Shown: piece after piece, positions 48,180 to 57,154 of the stretch
How the letters are laid out: each line of letters opens with the position of its first letter
Position numbering within the stretch: the stretch's first letter is position 1
Assembly: GCA_964628035.1 (NCBI GenBank)
Contig: CAZVPI010000005.1
Span: forward strand, 83,048 to 147,047
Direction of reading: 5' to 3'
DNA from: an uncultured Clostridia bacterium
GTDB lineage: Bacteria > Acidobacteriota > Aminicenantia > UBA2199
Length of the DNA stretch: 64,000 bases
Position numbers and translations under genes: made by a program
Notes under the pieces: model-generated
The model's database searches: none
What the model was told of the DNA's origin: nothing
The model's input: only the letters and a program-made list of their open reading frames with translations

Positions 48180-49498
48180 GCGACTCCTCCATTCAGGTCG
48201 ACGCCGGTCAGCTTTTCCAGCTCGGCGATGGCGATGTTATAGTTGTAGAGGGCCTGCAGGTAGTTCACCTTGGCCCGCGTCAGCTCGTTGTAGGAAGAAT
48301 TCAACTCCAGGATGGTGATCATCCCCTCCTTGTAGCTCAGCTCGGCGATGCGCACCCCTTCCTTGGCGCTCTCCACGTTCTTCAGGCCCATCTGGATGTT
48401 CTCGTATTCCTGGCGCACGGTGCGGAAGCCGCTCTCGGCCTGCAGGCGGGTGGCGTCCCCGAGCTGGCGCACGTTGAGGTCCATGATCCTGCGCAGCACG
48501 TTCATCTCCCCCACCTGGGCGCTGCGCTTCAGGCCGGTGAAGATGGGCCAGCTCATGCCCAGGGAGACGGAGTAATAATCCTCCCAGTTGTCCTTGCGCA
48601 GCTTGAAAGAGTCCGACTGGTAGCTGAAGTTGGCCACGATGGAGAAGTTCGGCACGTACTGGGCCCAGGTGATCTTCAGCAGATTGTCGATCTTCTGCCT
48701 CTCCATGCGCAGCTGCTTCAGCTCCGAGCGGTTGGCCAGCGAGTCCTGGAGCAGCTGGGCCAGGTCCAGCTGCAGCGGCCGGTAGCCCAGTTCGCCGCGC
48801 AGGACGAGCTCCTGCCCGGGAGGCAGGCCCAGCATCAGCTTCAGCCCCAGGCGCGATGTCTCCAGCAGGTTCTCCACGCGCAGCACATCGGGCTTGACGG
48901 CGCTGAGCGCCAGCTCGGCGCGCAGCAGATCGTACTGCGAGGCCATGCCCAGGTCGAAGCTGCTCTGGACGTTGCGGAAATTGCCCTCGGCCAGGGCCAG
49001 CGCCTCGCGGTGGGCCTGCAGCAGCTGCTCCAGGATCTGGATGTTGTAGAAGGACTTGCGGACGTTCAGGATGGTGTCGGCGCGCGAGTTCTTCTCCTTT
49101 TCCCTGGCCAGGCGCAGGTCGATCTGGGAGTTCTTGAAGTTCCAGAAGATCTTGCCCCCGGTGAACACCGGCTGGGTGACCTGGAAGGAAAAGGAATAGT
49201 CCAGCTGGAAGCGCAGCGAGGCCTTGGTCGGCTCGCCGCCGGGGATGAACGAGGGGATCTCGATGGTCATCAGCTTCTGGTCGAGGATCTTCGCGCCCGA
49301 CAGGGTGGCCTCGGGCAGGAAGCCGAAGGCCTGCAGCAACCGGTAGCGGTATTGGCGCACCTCCTGCTGGCTGGCCTGGTAGGCCGGGTTGTTGCCCAGG
49401 GCCATCTCGATGGCCTGGTCGACGGTCAGCTCCAGGGGCTCGCCGGCGGCGAAGCCCAGGGCGGCCGTCAGGAACAGTACAAGAAATGCCTTTTTCAT
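48176..49498 (-). CDS. TolC-family outer membrane protein
   Basis: signal peptide, two TolC repeats, QPVFTGG, YKEGMITILEL. Confidence 0.92.
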   Translation of the reverse strand: MKKAFLVLFLTAALGFAAGEPLELTVDQAIEMALGNNPAYQASQQEVRQYRYRLLQAFGFLPEATLSGAKILDQKLMTIEIPSFIPGGEPTKASLRFQLDYSFSFQVTQPVFTGGKIFWNFKNSQIDLRLAREKEKNSRADTILNVRKSFYNIQILEQLLQAHREALALAEGNFRNVQSSFDLGMASQYDLLRAELALSAVKPDVLRVENLLETSRLGLKLMLGLPPGQELVLRGELGYRPLQLDLAQLLQDSLANRSELKQLRMERQKIDNLLKITWAQYVPNFSIVANFSYQSDSFKLRKDNWEDYYSVSLGMSWPIFTGLKRSAQVGEMNVLRRIMDLNVRQLGDATRLQAESGFRTVRQEYENIQMGLKNVESAKEGVRIAELSYKEGMITILELNSSYNELTRAKVNYLQALYNYNIAIAELEKLTGVDLNGGVA

Positions 49499-49506
49499 CG
49501 TTCCTC

Positions 49507-50100
49507 CTACACGAGTATGCCGTTTCGCAGCAAATGCATGATCAGCCTCTTTTGCTTCTCATGGTTCTGGAAATCGCCGTTGATCGAGTCCCAGAACGCC
49601 CCCTCCAGGAGGGTGTTCAGGGCCATGCCGATCATCTCCGGGGTAAACTCCTTCAGGATCTCGGGGCGGACGATATCCTTCATGAATTCGCCGAGGGATT
49701 TGGCGATGTCCTGCCTTCTACGGAATTCCTGCTCGATCCGTTTTCCGATGTCGTCTTGATCGTGGACGACCATGTGATGGTCGCGCATCATCATCCTGAG
49801 GAAATCGCGCTTTTCCTGGATGTAGTCGAGCGAAAGGTCGATGATCTCCTCGATCACGGCGTGCTTGTCCTTGGCCTGCAGCATCAGGGCCCTGCCCTTT
49901 TCCTCGATGTCTTCCTGGAAACGCACGAAGAGCTCGAAAAAGAGCGAGGATTTGCTGTTGAAATATCTGTAAAGCGTGGGCTTGGAGATGTCGCAGGCAG
50001 CGGCGATCTTCTCCATGGAGGTGTTCCGGTAGCCGAACTGGGTGAAAAGCGCCTCGCTCCTGTCCAGGATAAAGTCGCGCATCAGGTCGGTTTTCTTCAT
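49507..50100 (-). CDS. TetR/AcrR-family transcriptional regulator
   Basis: FTQFGYRNTSMEKIA...SKPTLYRYFNSK HTH; first gene of the efflux operon. Confidence 0.93.
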   Translation of the reverse strand: MKKTDLMRDFILDRSEALFTQFGYRNTSMEKIAAACDISKPTLYRYFNSKSSLFFELFVRFQEDIEEKGRALMLQAKDKHAVIEEIIDLSLDYIQEKRDFLRMMMRDHHMVVHDQDDIGKRIEQEFRRRQDIAKSLGEFMKDIVRPEILKEFTPEMIGMALNTLLEGAFWDSINGDFQNHEKQKRLIMHLLRNGILV

Positions 50101-50152
50101 TTTTTCAACGCTCCTGACTTATTGAATACGTACCAGAGGTTAAAAATGTTTC

Positions 50153-50194
50153 CTTGGAGTTTATTATTTTAACTCAAAGTAATTTGTTTGTCAA
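50153..50194 (-). promoter_or_regulatory. promoter TTGACA-N17-TAAAAT with overlapping inverted-repeat operator
   Basis: -35 at 50189-50194, -10 at 50166-50171; CTTGGAGTT-N9-AACTCAAAG at 50153-50179. Confidence 0.7.
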
Positions 50195-50235
50195 TGAGGT
50201 TTCGGCATGTATCGAAATACGTCCGGCATAAGGGC

Positions 50236-50823
50236 TTATCCCTTGACGCTTGTGAGTTCCCCATGCCGGAAGCAGCCGATCAGGTGGTCGTTGACCATTC
50301 CGGTCGCCTGCATGTGGGCATAGACTATGGTCGAACCTACGAACTTGAAGCCGCGTTTTCGCAGGTCGGCGCTGATCCTGTCGGAAAGGGGCGTCCGCGC
50401 CGGGATCTCGCCGTCCCTTCTGCGGCGGTTCGCCAGGGGCCTGCCGCCGGTGAAGCGCCACATGTAGTCGTTGAAGCTGCCGAACTCCTCGCGGACCTTC
50501 AGGAACGCCCTGGCGTTGGTCACCGAGGCGGCGATCTTGGCCCGGTTGCGGATCAACCCCGGATCAAGCAGCAGGGAGGCGATCTTCTCTTCTCCGTAGC
50601 GCGCCACCTTGGCATAATCGAAATGGTCGTAGGCCCGACGGTAGTTTTCCCGCTTCTTCAGCACCAGCAGCCAGTTCAGCCCGGCCTGCGCCCCCTCCAG
50701 GACCAGGAACTCGAACCAGGTTCGGTCGTCGCGGACCGGGACGCCCCATTCCTTATCATGATAGTCGATATAAAGGGGATCGGACAAGCACCACGGGCAT
50801 CTGGAGATCTTGGACAGGCTCAT
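50236..50823 (-). CDS. tag: DNA-3-methyladenine glycosylase I
   Basis: RCPW, YHDKEWG, LEGAQAGL, IRNRAKI, FKFVG, VNDHLIGC. Confidence 0.95.
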   Translation of the reverse strand: MSLSKISRCPWCLSDPLYIDYHDKEWGVPVRDDRTWFEFLVLEGAQAGLNWLLVLKKRENYRRAYDHFDYAKVARYGEEKIASLLLDPGLIRNRAKIAASVTNARAFLKVREEFGSFNDYMWRFTGGRPLANRRRRDGEIPARTPLSDRISADLRKRGFKFVGSTIVYAHMQATGMVNDHLIGCFRHGELTSVKG

Positions 50824-50940
50824 AGGCAAGATTATCACAAAAAAACCGAGCCTTCAACGCCCTGTTCAGCGTCTTGAAGACACGACGTCCCCTCGGGGTT
50901 CAGCGAACTGCACACAAAAGAAGTGTGGCCAGCAGCTGGC

Positions 50941-50979
50941 AGATACGCCGGTCCATCGAGATCCCACGTTCCATGCACC
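50941..50979 (+). repeat. copy 1 of a roughly 39-bp dispersed repeat (20 bp identical)
   Basis: AGATACGCCGGTCCATCGAG followed by CCACGTT/CCATGCA heptamers. Confidence 0.8.
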
Positions 50980-51186
50980 AAGTTCCAAGCCCAATACCCT
51001 GGAAGCACCAGCGCTCGCAGACGTGGCACGTGGCACCCCACTTGGGGCTAATGCCTCTCGGTGAAACCGCCCCTGGCGGGGCCGGCAGCGTGGTGCCTTG
51101 ACGGACCGACGCTCCTTCATGGTGCTGAATTGGGCTTCAATAGCTCGCTGGCGACTTTTTCTTCAAGAAGCGATCGCTTGGGTTTC

Positions 51187-51215
51187 TTGACTTTCCCCGG
51201 CCTCCAGCGTACAGT
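51187..51215 (+). promoter_or_regulatory. promoter TTGACT-N17-TACAGT, 6 nt before ATG 51222
   Basis: 17-bp spacer, no SD; leaderless geometry. Confidence 0.65.
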
Positions 51216-51221
51216 GGCCTC

Positions 51222-53123
51222 ATGGTGGGCACCGCGAGCAATCTCGAGCAGATCCGCGCCATCCTGACGGAGAAGCGCCTGCGCATCTCCAGGCAGAGGA
51301 TCGCCGCCAGCCTGGCCCTGGTCGAGCAGTCGCAGGAGATCTTCCCCCAGCCCCAGCAGCAGGCACTGCTGGTGCACCTGCTGCATCTCCATGAAACAAG
51401 CAAGAAAAAGGTCCTGGTGCAGATGGAGGAACTGGGCGAGAAGCGCCTGCCGCTGACCGTGGTCATGGGCGTGCTGGCCGAGGACTGGAGCGGCATGGGC
51501 AACTCCATCCTGGGCATCATCCACCAGCGCCACGGCAACGTGTTGTTCATGAAGGGCTTCACCCTGACCCTGCGCGGCCGCAGCCTGGGCATCGTCATCC
51601 TCTCCTTCCGCATCGAAAGCGCCGAGGAATACGGCCGCTTCCTCAAGGACAAGCGCGCCCTGCTGGAGACGCTCAAGGACGCCTCGCAGGGCACGCTGGG
51701 CAAGACGCTGCTGCTGGAGGACGAGACCATCAAGTTCGAGCTCTACAACCAGGTGGTGCGCGCCATCCGCCGCACCTACCGCGGCCCCGACCTGGAGTCG
51801 ATCATCGGCGAGAACGGCGAGACGCTCAAGTTCTTCTCGTCGCGCTCCCGCGAATACCTGCAGGAGCGCAAGATCTCCGACCTGGCCGCGCTGATCATCG
51901 ACAACTACCGCTTCCAGAAGCAGGTGCGCGAGGGGCGCGCCGACAAGAAGATCAAGATCAAGAACTTCGAGACCCTCGACGAGCGCCTGACCGGCATCAC
52001 CTTCGTGTGCTGGGAGGAGAACTTCTCGGTCGAGAGCTTCCTCAAGACGCTGGACTTCATCGTCCCCGGTCACATCATCAAGCACCACAAGAGCTTCGTG
52101 TCGAGCGAGAAGCTCCTGGTCTACCGCATCGAGATCGTCGACCGCCAGGGGCAGCCGCTCAACCCCGAGGCCATCCGCTCCATCGAGGTCTCGCTGGAAA
52201 AGATGATCAGCGCCGCAGTCGACGAGACGTTCTCGCAGATCAAGTCGGTCGGCGGCTACGAGCACTACGCCCGGGCCATCATCCCCTTCCTGATGAACGA
52301 GCTGAAGACGACCGGCATCAGCCAGGTCTTCATGAGCGTGGAGAAGAAGACCGAGTTCCTGATGCAGCTCAAGCTGATCGTCGTCGCCAACCGCAGCCGG
52401 CGCAGGTGCCTGAATCCGCTGCTGCGGCTGCTGGAGGGCAGCCGCGGCATCGAGATCCTCTCGGTCGTGCCCCCGCGCCTCTACCAGAAGCAGACCGAGG
52501 TCAGCATCCTGAACCTCAAGGTCACCCTGGCCGAGTTCGCCTCCATCGCCGCCATTTTCCAGTCGATCAAGAACGTCCTGAAGAAGCTGTACGGCCAGGT
52601 GCGCGACTTCGACGAAGGGCTGCGCGACAGCGACATGCGCTCCCTGGCGGAGGTCAGCGCCGCGGCGCCCCGCCTGCACCCGCTGCTGATCAAGGAGATC
52701 TACTACAACCTCGACGAGATCTACCGCCTGGAGACGCCGCCCCGGGTCCTGGCCGAAATCATGAGCCTGGTCTGCTCCACCATCCGCGCCGCCGCCAAGG
52801 TGCGGCTGGACCGGGTGGTCGTCAAGTACCGCAGCATCCGCGAAGCGCATCGCAGCGAGCCGGTCAAGACCATCTTCGTGGTCTCCTACTCCCGGGAGAA
52901 GAAAGTCCTGAGCCGCTTCGTGAGGAACCTTCCCGGCCTGGACGTCTATTTCACCCGCATCGAATGGGAGCAGCGCTTCTACCTCATCCTGATCCTGAAA
53001 AAGGGCGGCCAGGGGCTGGGCGCCGACGAGATCGCCCGCATCCGCGCCTCGGTCCTGGACCGCTACTTCAAAAAGGCGCTGGTCATCGACGCCGCCTCCC
53101 AGGCGGCCGACGAGGAGTGCTGA
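51222..53123 (+). CDS. hypothetical 633-aa protein with probable repeated ACT-like domains
   Basis: strong coding bias; segments VLAEDWSGMGNSILGII and YRIEIVDRQGQPL resemble GlnD/large-GDH ACT repeats; no catalytic motif recognised. Confidence 0.65.
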   Translation: MVGTASNLEQIRAILTEKRLRISRQRIAASLALVEQSQEIFPQPQQQALLVHLLHLHETSKKKVLVQMEELGEKRLPLTVVMGVLAEDWSGMGNSILGIIHQRHGNVLFMKGFTLTLRGRSLGIVILSFRIESAEEYGRFLKDKRALLETLKDASQGTLGKTLLLEDETIKFELYNQVVRAIRRTYRGPDLESIIGENGETLKFFSSRSREYLQERKISDLAALIIDNYRFQKQVREGRADKKIKIKNFETLDERLTGITFVCWEENFSVESFLKTLDFIVPGHIIKHHKSFVSSEKLLVYRIEIVDRQGQPLNPEAIRSIEVSLEKMISAAVDETFSQIKSVGGYEHYARAIIPFLMNELKTTGISQVFMSVEKKTEFLMQLKLIVVANRSRRRCLNPLLRLLEGSRGIEILSVVPPRLYQKQTEVSILNLKVTLAEFASIAAIFQSIKNVLKKLYGQVRDFDEGLRDSDMRSLAEVSAAAPRLHPLLIKEIYYNLDEIYRLETPPRVLAEIMSLVCSTIRAAAKVRLDRVVVKYRSIREAHRSEPVKTIFVVSYSREKKVLSRFVRNLPGLDVYFTRIEWEQRFYLILILKKGGQGLGADEIARIRASVLDRYFKKALVIDAASQAADEEC

Positions 53124-53131
53124 CCCGGCGC

Positions 53132-55210
53132 ATGTTCGAGCTGCGCTCCCCCTATAACGTCACCCCGGCCCAGCAGGAGGCAGTCGATGCCGTCGTCGCC
53201 GGTTTCCGCGCCGGCCGCCGCCGCCAGGTGCTGCTGGGCGTGACCGGCTCGGGCAAGACCTACACCATGGCCCGCGTCATCGCGGCGCTCGACGCGCCCA
53301 CCCTGGTCCTGTCGCACAACAAGACCCTGGCCGCGCAGCTGTTCCAGGAGTTCCGCGGCTTCTTCCCCGGGGACCGCGTCGGCTATTTCATCAGCTACTA
53401 CGACTATTACCAGCCCGAGGCCTTCATCCCCCAGCGCAACCAGTACATCGCCAAGGAGGTCTCGATCAACCCCGAGCTGGAGCGCCTGCGCCTGGACGCC
53501 ACGCGCAACCTTCTGGAGTCGCGCCGGACCGTCGTCGTGGCCTCGGTGTCGGCCATCTACAGCATCGGCGCGCCCGACGACTTCCTGGAGCAGCGCCTGC
53601 AGCTGGAAAGCGGCGCCCGCTGGGGGCGCGAGGAGCTGCTGCGGCGCTTCGTCGACCTGGGCTACCGGCGCAGCCACGGCCTGCTGGCGGCCGGCGAGTT
53701 CCGCGCCCGCGGCGACGACGTGGAGATCTTCCCCACCAGCGAGGAGAACCCGCTGCGCGTCGCGCTGGACGGCGAGCGCATCGGGCGCATCGAGTTCTTC
53801 GACGCCCTGACCGCCGCCCCCCTGGCCACGCGGCCCCAGGCCTGGATCTACCCGGTGAACTATTTCTTCTACCGCCGCGAGCGGGTCCTGAAAGCCGCCG
53901 CCGCCATCCGCGCCGAGCTTCAGGAGCGCCTGGAGTGGTTCCGCCGCCAGGGCCAGGACGAGCGTGCGGAGCGGCTGCGCCAGCGCACCTTGTACGACCT
54001 GGAGATGCTGGAGCAGTTCGGCCACTGCCCGGGGATCGAGAACTACTCCCTGCACCTTTCCGGCCGCAAACCAGGAGAGGCGCCGTTCACCCTGCTCGAC
54101 TTCTTTCCCCGCGACTACCTGGCCATCATCGACGAGTCGCACGTCACCGTGCCCCAGCTGAACGCCATGCACGCCGGCGACCGCTCGCGCAAGGAGAAGC
54201 TCGTCGAGTTCGGATTCCGCCTGCCCTCGGCCCTGGACAACCGGCCGCTGAGCTTCGCCGAGATCGACCGCCGCCTGGGCAACGTGCTGTACGTCTCGGC
54301 CACGCCGGCGCCCTTCGAGATCGCCGACGCCGGCGGTGCCGTGACCTCGCTGCTGGTGCGCCCCACCGGCCTGGTCGACCCCGAGATCGTGGTCAAGACC
54401 GTTGCCGACCCGGTCCAGGACATGCTGGCCGAGATCCGCGCCGTCGTCGCCCCGCCGGCCTCGGCCGGAGGGACCCAGGAACGAACGCCGGCCGCCCGGA
54501 GGCGGAAAGCCCCGCAAGCCAGTGAGCGGCCGGATTCCGGGTCCTCACTGCCGGCTTCCCCGGGACGGGTCCTGGTCACGACGCTGACCAAGAAGATGGC
54601 CGAGAAACTGGCCGATTACCTGACTTTGCAGGGCATCCGCTGCGCCTACCTGCACGCCGAGGTCAAGGCCCTGGACCGGGTGAAGATCATCCACAAGCTG
54701 CGCCGCGGCGAGTTCGACGTCCTGATCGGCATCAACCTGCTGCGCGAGGGGCTCGACCTGCCCGAGGTGTCGCGGGTGATCATCCTCGACGCCGACAAGG
54801 AGGGCTTCCTGCGCTCCGAGACGTCGCTGATCCAGACCTTCGGCCGCGCCGCCCGCCACATCGACGGCAAGGTCATCCTCTATGTCGACGCCATGGTCGA
54901 CTCGGTGCGCCGGGCCGTCGCCGAGTCGGAGCGCCGGCGACGCTTCCAGCTGGACTACAACCGCGCCCACGGCATCCGACCGGCCTCGGTGAGCAGCCCG
55001 ATCAAGGGCTTCCATGACGACGACTACTGGCTGCGCAGGGGCGAGGAGGAGGCGGCGATGAAGTTCTCCAGCCGCGAGTCGCTGGAAAAGGAGATCGACC
55101 GCCTGAGCGCGTCCATGCGCCAGAAGGCCGATGCCCTCGATTTCAAGGGCGCGGCGGCGCTCAGGGACCGCGTCAAGGCGCTGAAGAACCTCATGCTGGA
55201 GATGTTCTGA
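53132..55210 (+). CDS. uvrB: excinuclease ABC subunit B with a roughly 35-aa insertion
   Basis: GVTGSGKT, SHNKTLAAQL, SYYDYYQPE, DESH, GINLLREGLD, UVR C-terminus. Confidence 0.96.
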   Translation: MFELRSPYNVTPAQQEAVDAVVAGFRAGRRRQVLLGVTGSGKTYTMARVIAALDAPTLVLSHNKTLAAQLFQEFRGFFPGDRVGYFISYYDYYQPEAFIPQRNQYIAKEVSINPELERLRLDATRNLLESRRTVVVASVSAIYSIGAPDDFLEQRLQLESGARWGREELLRRFVDLGYRRSHGLLAAGEFRARGDDVEIFPTSEENPLRVALDGERIGRIEFFDALTAAPLATRPQAWIYPVNYFFYRRERVLKAAAAIRAELQERLEWFRRQGQDERAERLRQRTLYDLEMLEQFGHCPGIENYSLHLSGRKPGEAPFTLLDFFPRDYLAIIDESHVTVPQLNAMHAGDRSRKEKLVEFGFRLPSALDNRPLSFAEIDRRLGNVLYVSATPAPFEIADAGGAVTSLLVRPTGLVDPEIVVKTVADPVQDMLAEIRAVVAPPASAGGTQERTPAARRRKAPQASERPDSGSSLPASPGRVLVTTLTKKMAEKLADYLTLQGIRCAYLHAEVKALDRVKIIHKLRRGEFDVLIGINLLREGLDLPEVSRVIILDADKEGFLRSETSLIQTFGRAARHIDGKVILYVDAMVDSVRRAVAESERRRRFQLDYNRAHGIRPASVSSPIKGFHDDDYWLRRGEEEAAMKFSSRESLEKEIDRLSASMRQKADALDFKGAAALRDRVKALKNLMLEMF

Positions 55211-55235
55211 AGACCAGAACGAGCCCGCAACGTGA

Positions 55236-55274
55236 AGATACGCCGGTCCATCGAGGTTCCACGTGCCATGTACC
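55236..55274 (+). repeat. copy 2 of the roughly 39-bp dispersed repeat
   Basis: AGATACGCCGGTCCATCGAG identical to 50941-50960, then GTTCCACGTGCCATGTACC. Confidence 0.8.
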
Positions 55275-55500
55275 TTGCTTAAGCCACAAAAAGGTTCGAT
55301 GTTTGAGGCCTGCGGCACTGGCAAGGGCGGCGTCCCCAAGGGGCGTTTGCCCCGAGTGGGATTCCACGTCAACGAGCATTCGATGCTTGGGTGCAGGTCG
55401 AGCTCCAAGCAGGTGCTTGGGCAGCAAAAAGACAAGAGTGAAGAAGACGGTCAACAGAAACAGGGCCTTTCCGAATCACTGATTACGAATCACCAGGGCT

Positions 55501-55543
55501 AGTTCGTCCGTTTGCCGTTTCTCATCACTCATCACTTATCACT
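55501..55543 (+). repeat. CTCATCA-heptamer dispersed element
   Basis: reverse complement of 57871-57911 with a few mismatches; similar to 111-137. Confidence 0.7.
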
Positions 55544-55580
55544 ATAGCTCGCATCTTTGCGGCTACCACCACTACCACTA

Positions 55581-57005
55581 TCACTTTGTCTTCTTCGTTT
55601 TCTCCACGATCCAACTGGAAAGGGTTTCCAGAAAGCCGGGCACGAACATCTTCTCCAATGCAGCGTACTCGGAGGGGCTGCCGGTCTCGGCCTTCTGGAA
55701 GAGGTGGTTCGCCTCCGGGAAGACTTTGAAGGTCACGTCCTGGTTCCCCCCGTTGCGGAACGCTCTCTCCATGACCGGCATGTTCTGCGCAGGGACCACC
55801 TGCGTGTCCTTGCCGCCGAAAAGGGCGAGCACCGGGCACGACAGCGCCGCCAGGGCCGGCGCCGGATCATAGTCCAGAAAATAGCGGAACCAGGGGGAGC
55901 GCAGGGTCACGAGTTGCGCCGCGGCCACCGTCTTCACGTAAGCCTCGGCGTCGCTGATCGCCTGCCGTTGCTCGGCCGGCATCTGTTCCAGCCCCCGGCG
56001 CGCCTGTTGGAGCAGGATCTTTTCGAGCTCGCTCTCCCCTTGCGGCACGGGCAGGAGGGCGAAGACGCGCCTCTGCAGCGCCAGGTCCTCGGCGATCGCC
56101 TCCTCGCCGGCGCCGTCGGCGCGGGAAATCCTCTGCAGCTGCTCGAGGATGACGTCGGCGCCCCTGACCGCCGTGCCGGCCATGAGCACCATGAAGGCGA
56201 ACGGGTGCCGGCGTCCGGCCATGGGCGCGATCAGCCCCCCCTCGCTGTGGCCCAGGAGGCCGATGCGCAAGGGGTCGATCTCGGCCCGGCCGGACAGAAA
56301 GCGGGCCTGGGCGACCGTGTCGCCTGCGAAGTCGGCCGATGTGGCTGCCCCCATCGTCCCCTGACCGCCGAAGCCGCGGTCGTCACAGCGCAGGACGGCG
56401 ATGCCGCGGCGGGTCAGGTGGTCGGCGATGACCCGGAACAGCCTGAAGCCGAAGATCTCCTCATCGCGGTTCTGGGTGCCGCTGCCGGTGATCAGGATCA
56501 CCGCCGGGAACGGGCCCTTGCCCTCGGGAAGGGTCAGGGTGCCGGCCAGGCGGACCTCGCCGCTGGCCACCGAGACCTCTTCCGCCTTGTAGGGAAGAAC
56601 TTCGGCCTGGGCCGGCTCCGTCGCGGAAGAATCCGATCCGCCGCGGGTCACCTGGAAGGTGCCCTTGATCCCGGCCTGGAGAAACTCGCCCTGGATGACG
56701 TCGGCGGCGACCTTGCCGTCGAAGACGGCCACGCCCGCCCCGGCCACCAGCTCGAAATGCACCCTGTCGCCCTCGCGCCTGACCTGGGTGAGCGGCAGGC
56801 CCATGGCCATCTGCTGGGGGATGTCCAGTTTCGCCTGCAGCGCTCCGCCTTCCTCGCTGAAATGGACGGCGAACTTCATTTCCCGGCCCATGATCGAGAT
56901 CGCCCCCGCCCAGGATCCGGCCAGTGCGGATGCCGGGGCTTCGCCCCCCTGCAGGGCGAGACAGGCGCAGGCGATGAGCAGGCAGGCGGTCAGGCGCTTC
57001 CTCAT
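55581..57005 (-). CDS. exported alpha/beta hydrolase (serine peptidase/esterase)
   Basis: signal peptide, TGSGTQNRD, DDRG, GHSEGG, DTQV, NHLF. Confidence 0.88.
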   Translation of the reverse strand: MRKRLTACLLIACACLALQGGEAPASALAGSWAGAISIMGREMKFAVHFSEEGGALQAKLDIPQQMAMGLPLTQVRREGDRVHFELVAGAGVAVFDGKVAADVIQGEFLQAGIKGTFQVTRGGSDSSATEPAQAEVLPYKAEEVSVASGEVRLAGTLTLPEGKGPFPAVILITGSGTQNRDEEIFGFRLFRVIADHLTRRGIAVLRCDDRGFGGQGTMGAATSADFAGDTVAQARFLSGRAEIDPLRIGLLGHSEGGLIAPMAGRRHPFAFMVLMAGTAVRGADVILEQLQRISRADGAGEEAIAEDLALQRRVFALLPVPQGESELEKILLQQARRGLEQMPAEQRQAISDAEAYVKTVAAAQLVTLRSPWFRYFLDYDPAPALAALSCPVLALFGGKDTQVVPAQNMPVMERAFRNGGNQDVTFKVFPEANHLFQKAETGSPSEYAALEKMFVPGFLETLSSWIVEKTKKTK

Positions 57006-57100
57006 GGATCCTCCTTGCAGGGCGCCGGGGGGCGCCGCAGGGCGATTATACGGCGTCTCACCAGTTTGGTTTGATTTTTCATTTTTTTTTCGCGAAAACC

Positions 57101-57129
57101 TTGCATTTCCGTTTTCATGCCCCTATACT
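57101..57129 (+). promoter_or_regulatory. promoter TTGCAT-N17-TATACT
   Basis: 17-bp spacer in the divergent intergenic region. Confidence 0.65.
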
Positions 57130-57154
57130 TTTCAGGCTTTTCGGAAGGTGCATC

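Noticed and set aside
44000-50100. RND efflux operon as a novel system
   Set aside because: Standard TetR-TolC-MFP-RND architecture with no unusual domains seen.
55255-55270. GGTTCCACGTGCCATG resembling a parS half-site
   Set aside because: Only the left half matches, and it is part of the CCACGT/CCATG heptamer repeat family, so it is probably coincidental.
50941-55274. Repeat as an SOS/LexA operator because tag and uvrB are nearby
   Set aside because: One copy is downstream of uvrB and the 20-mer is not palindromic.
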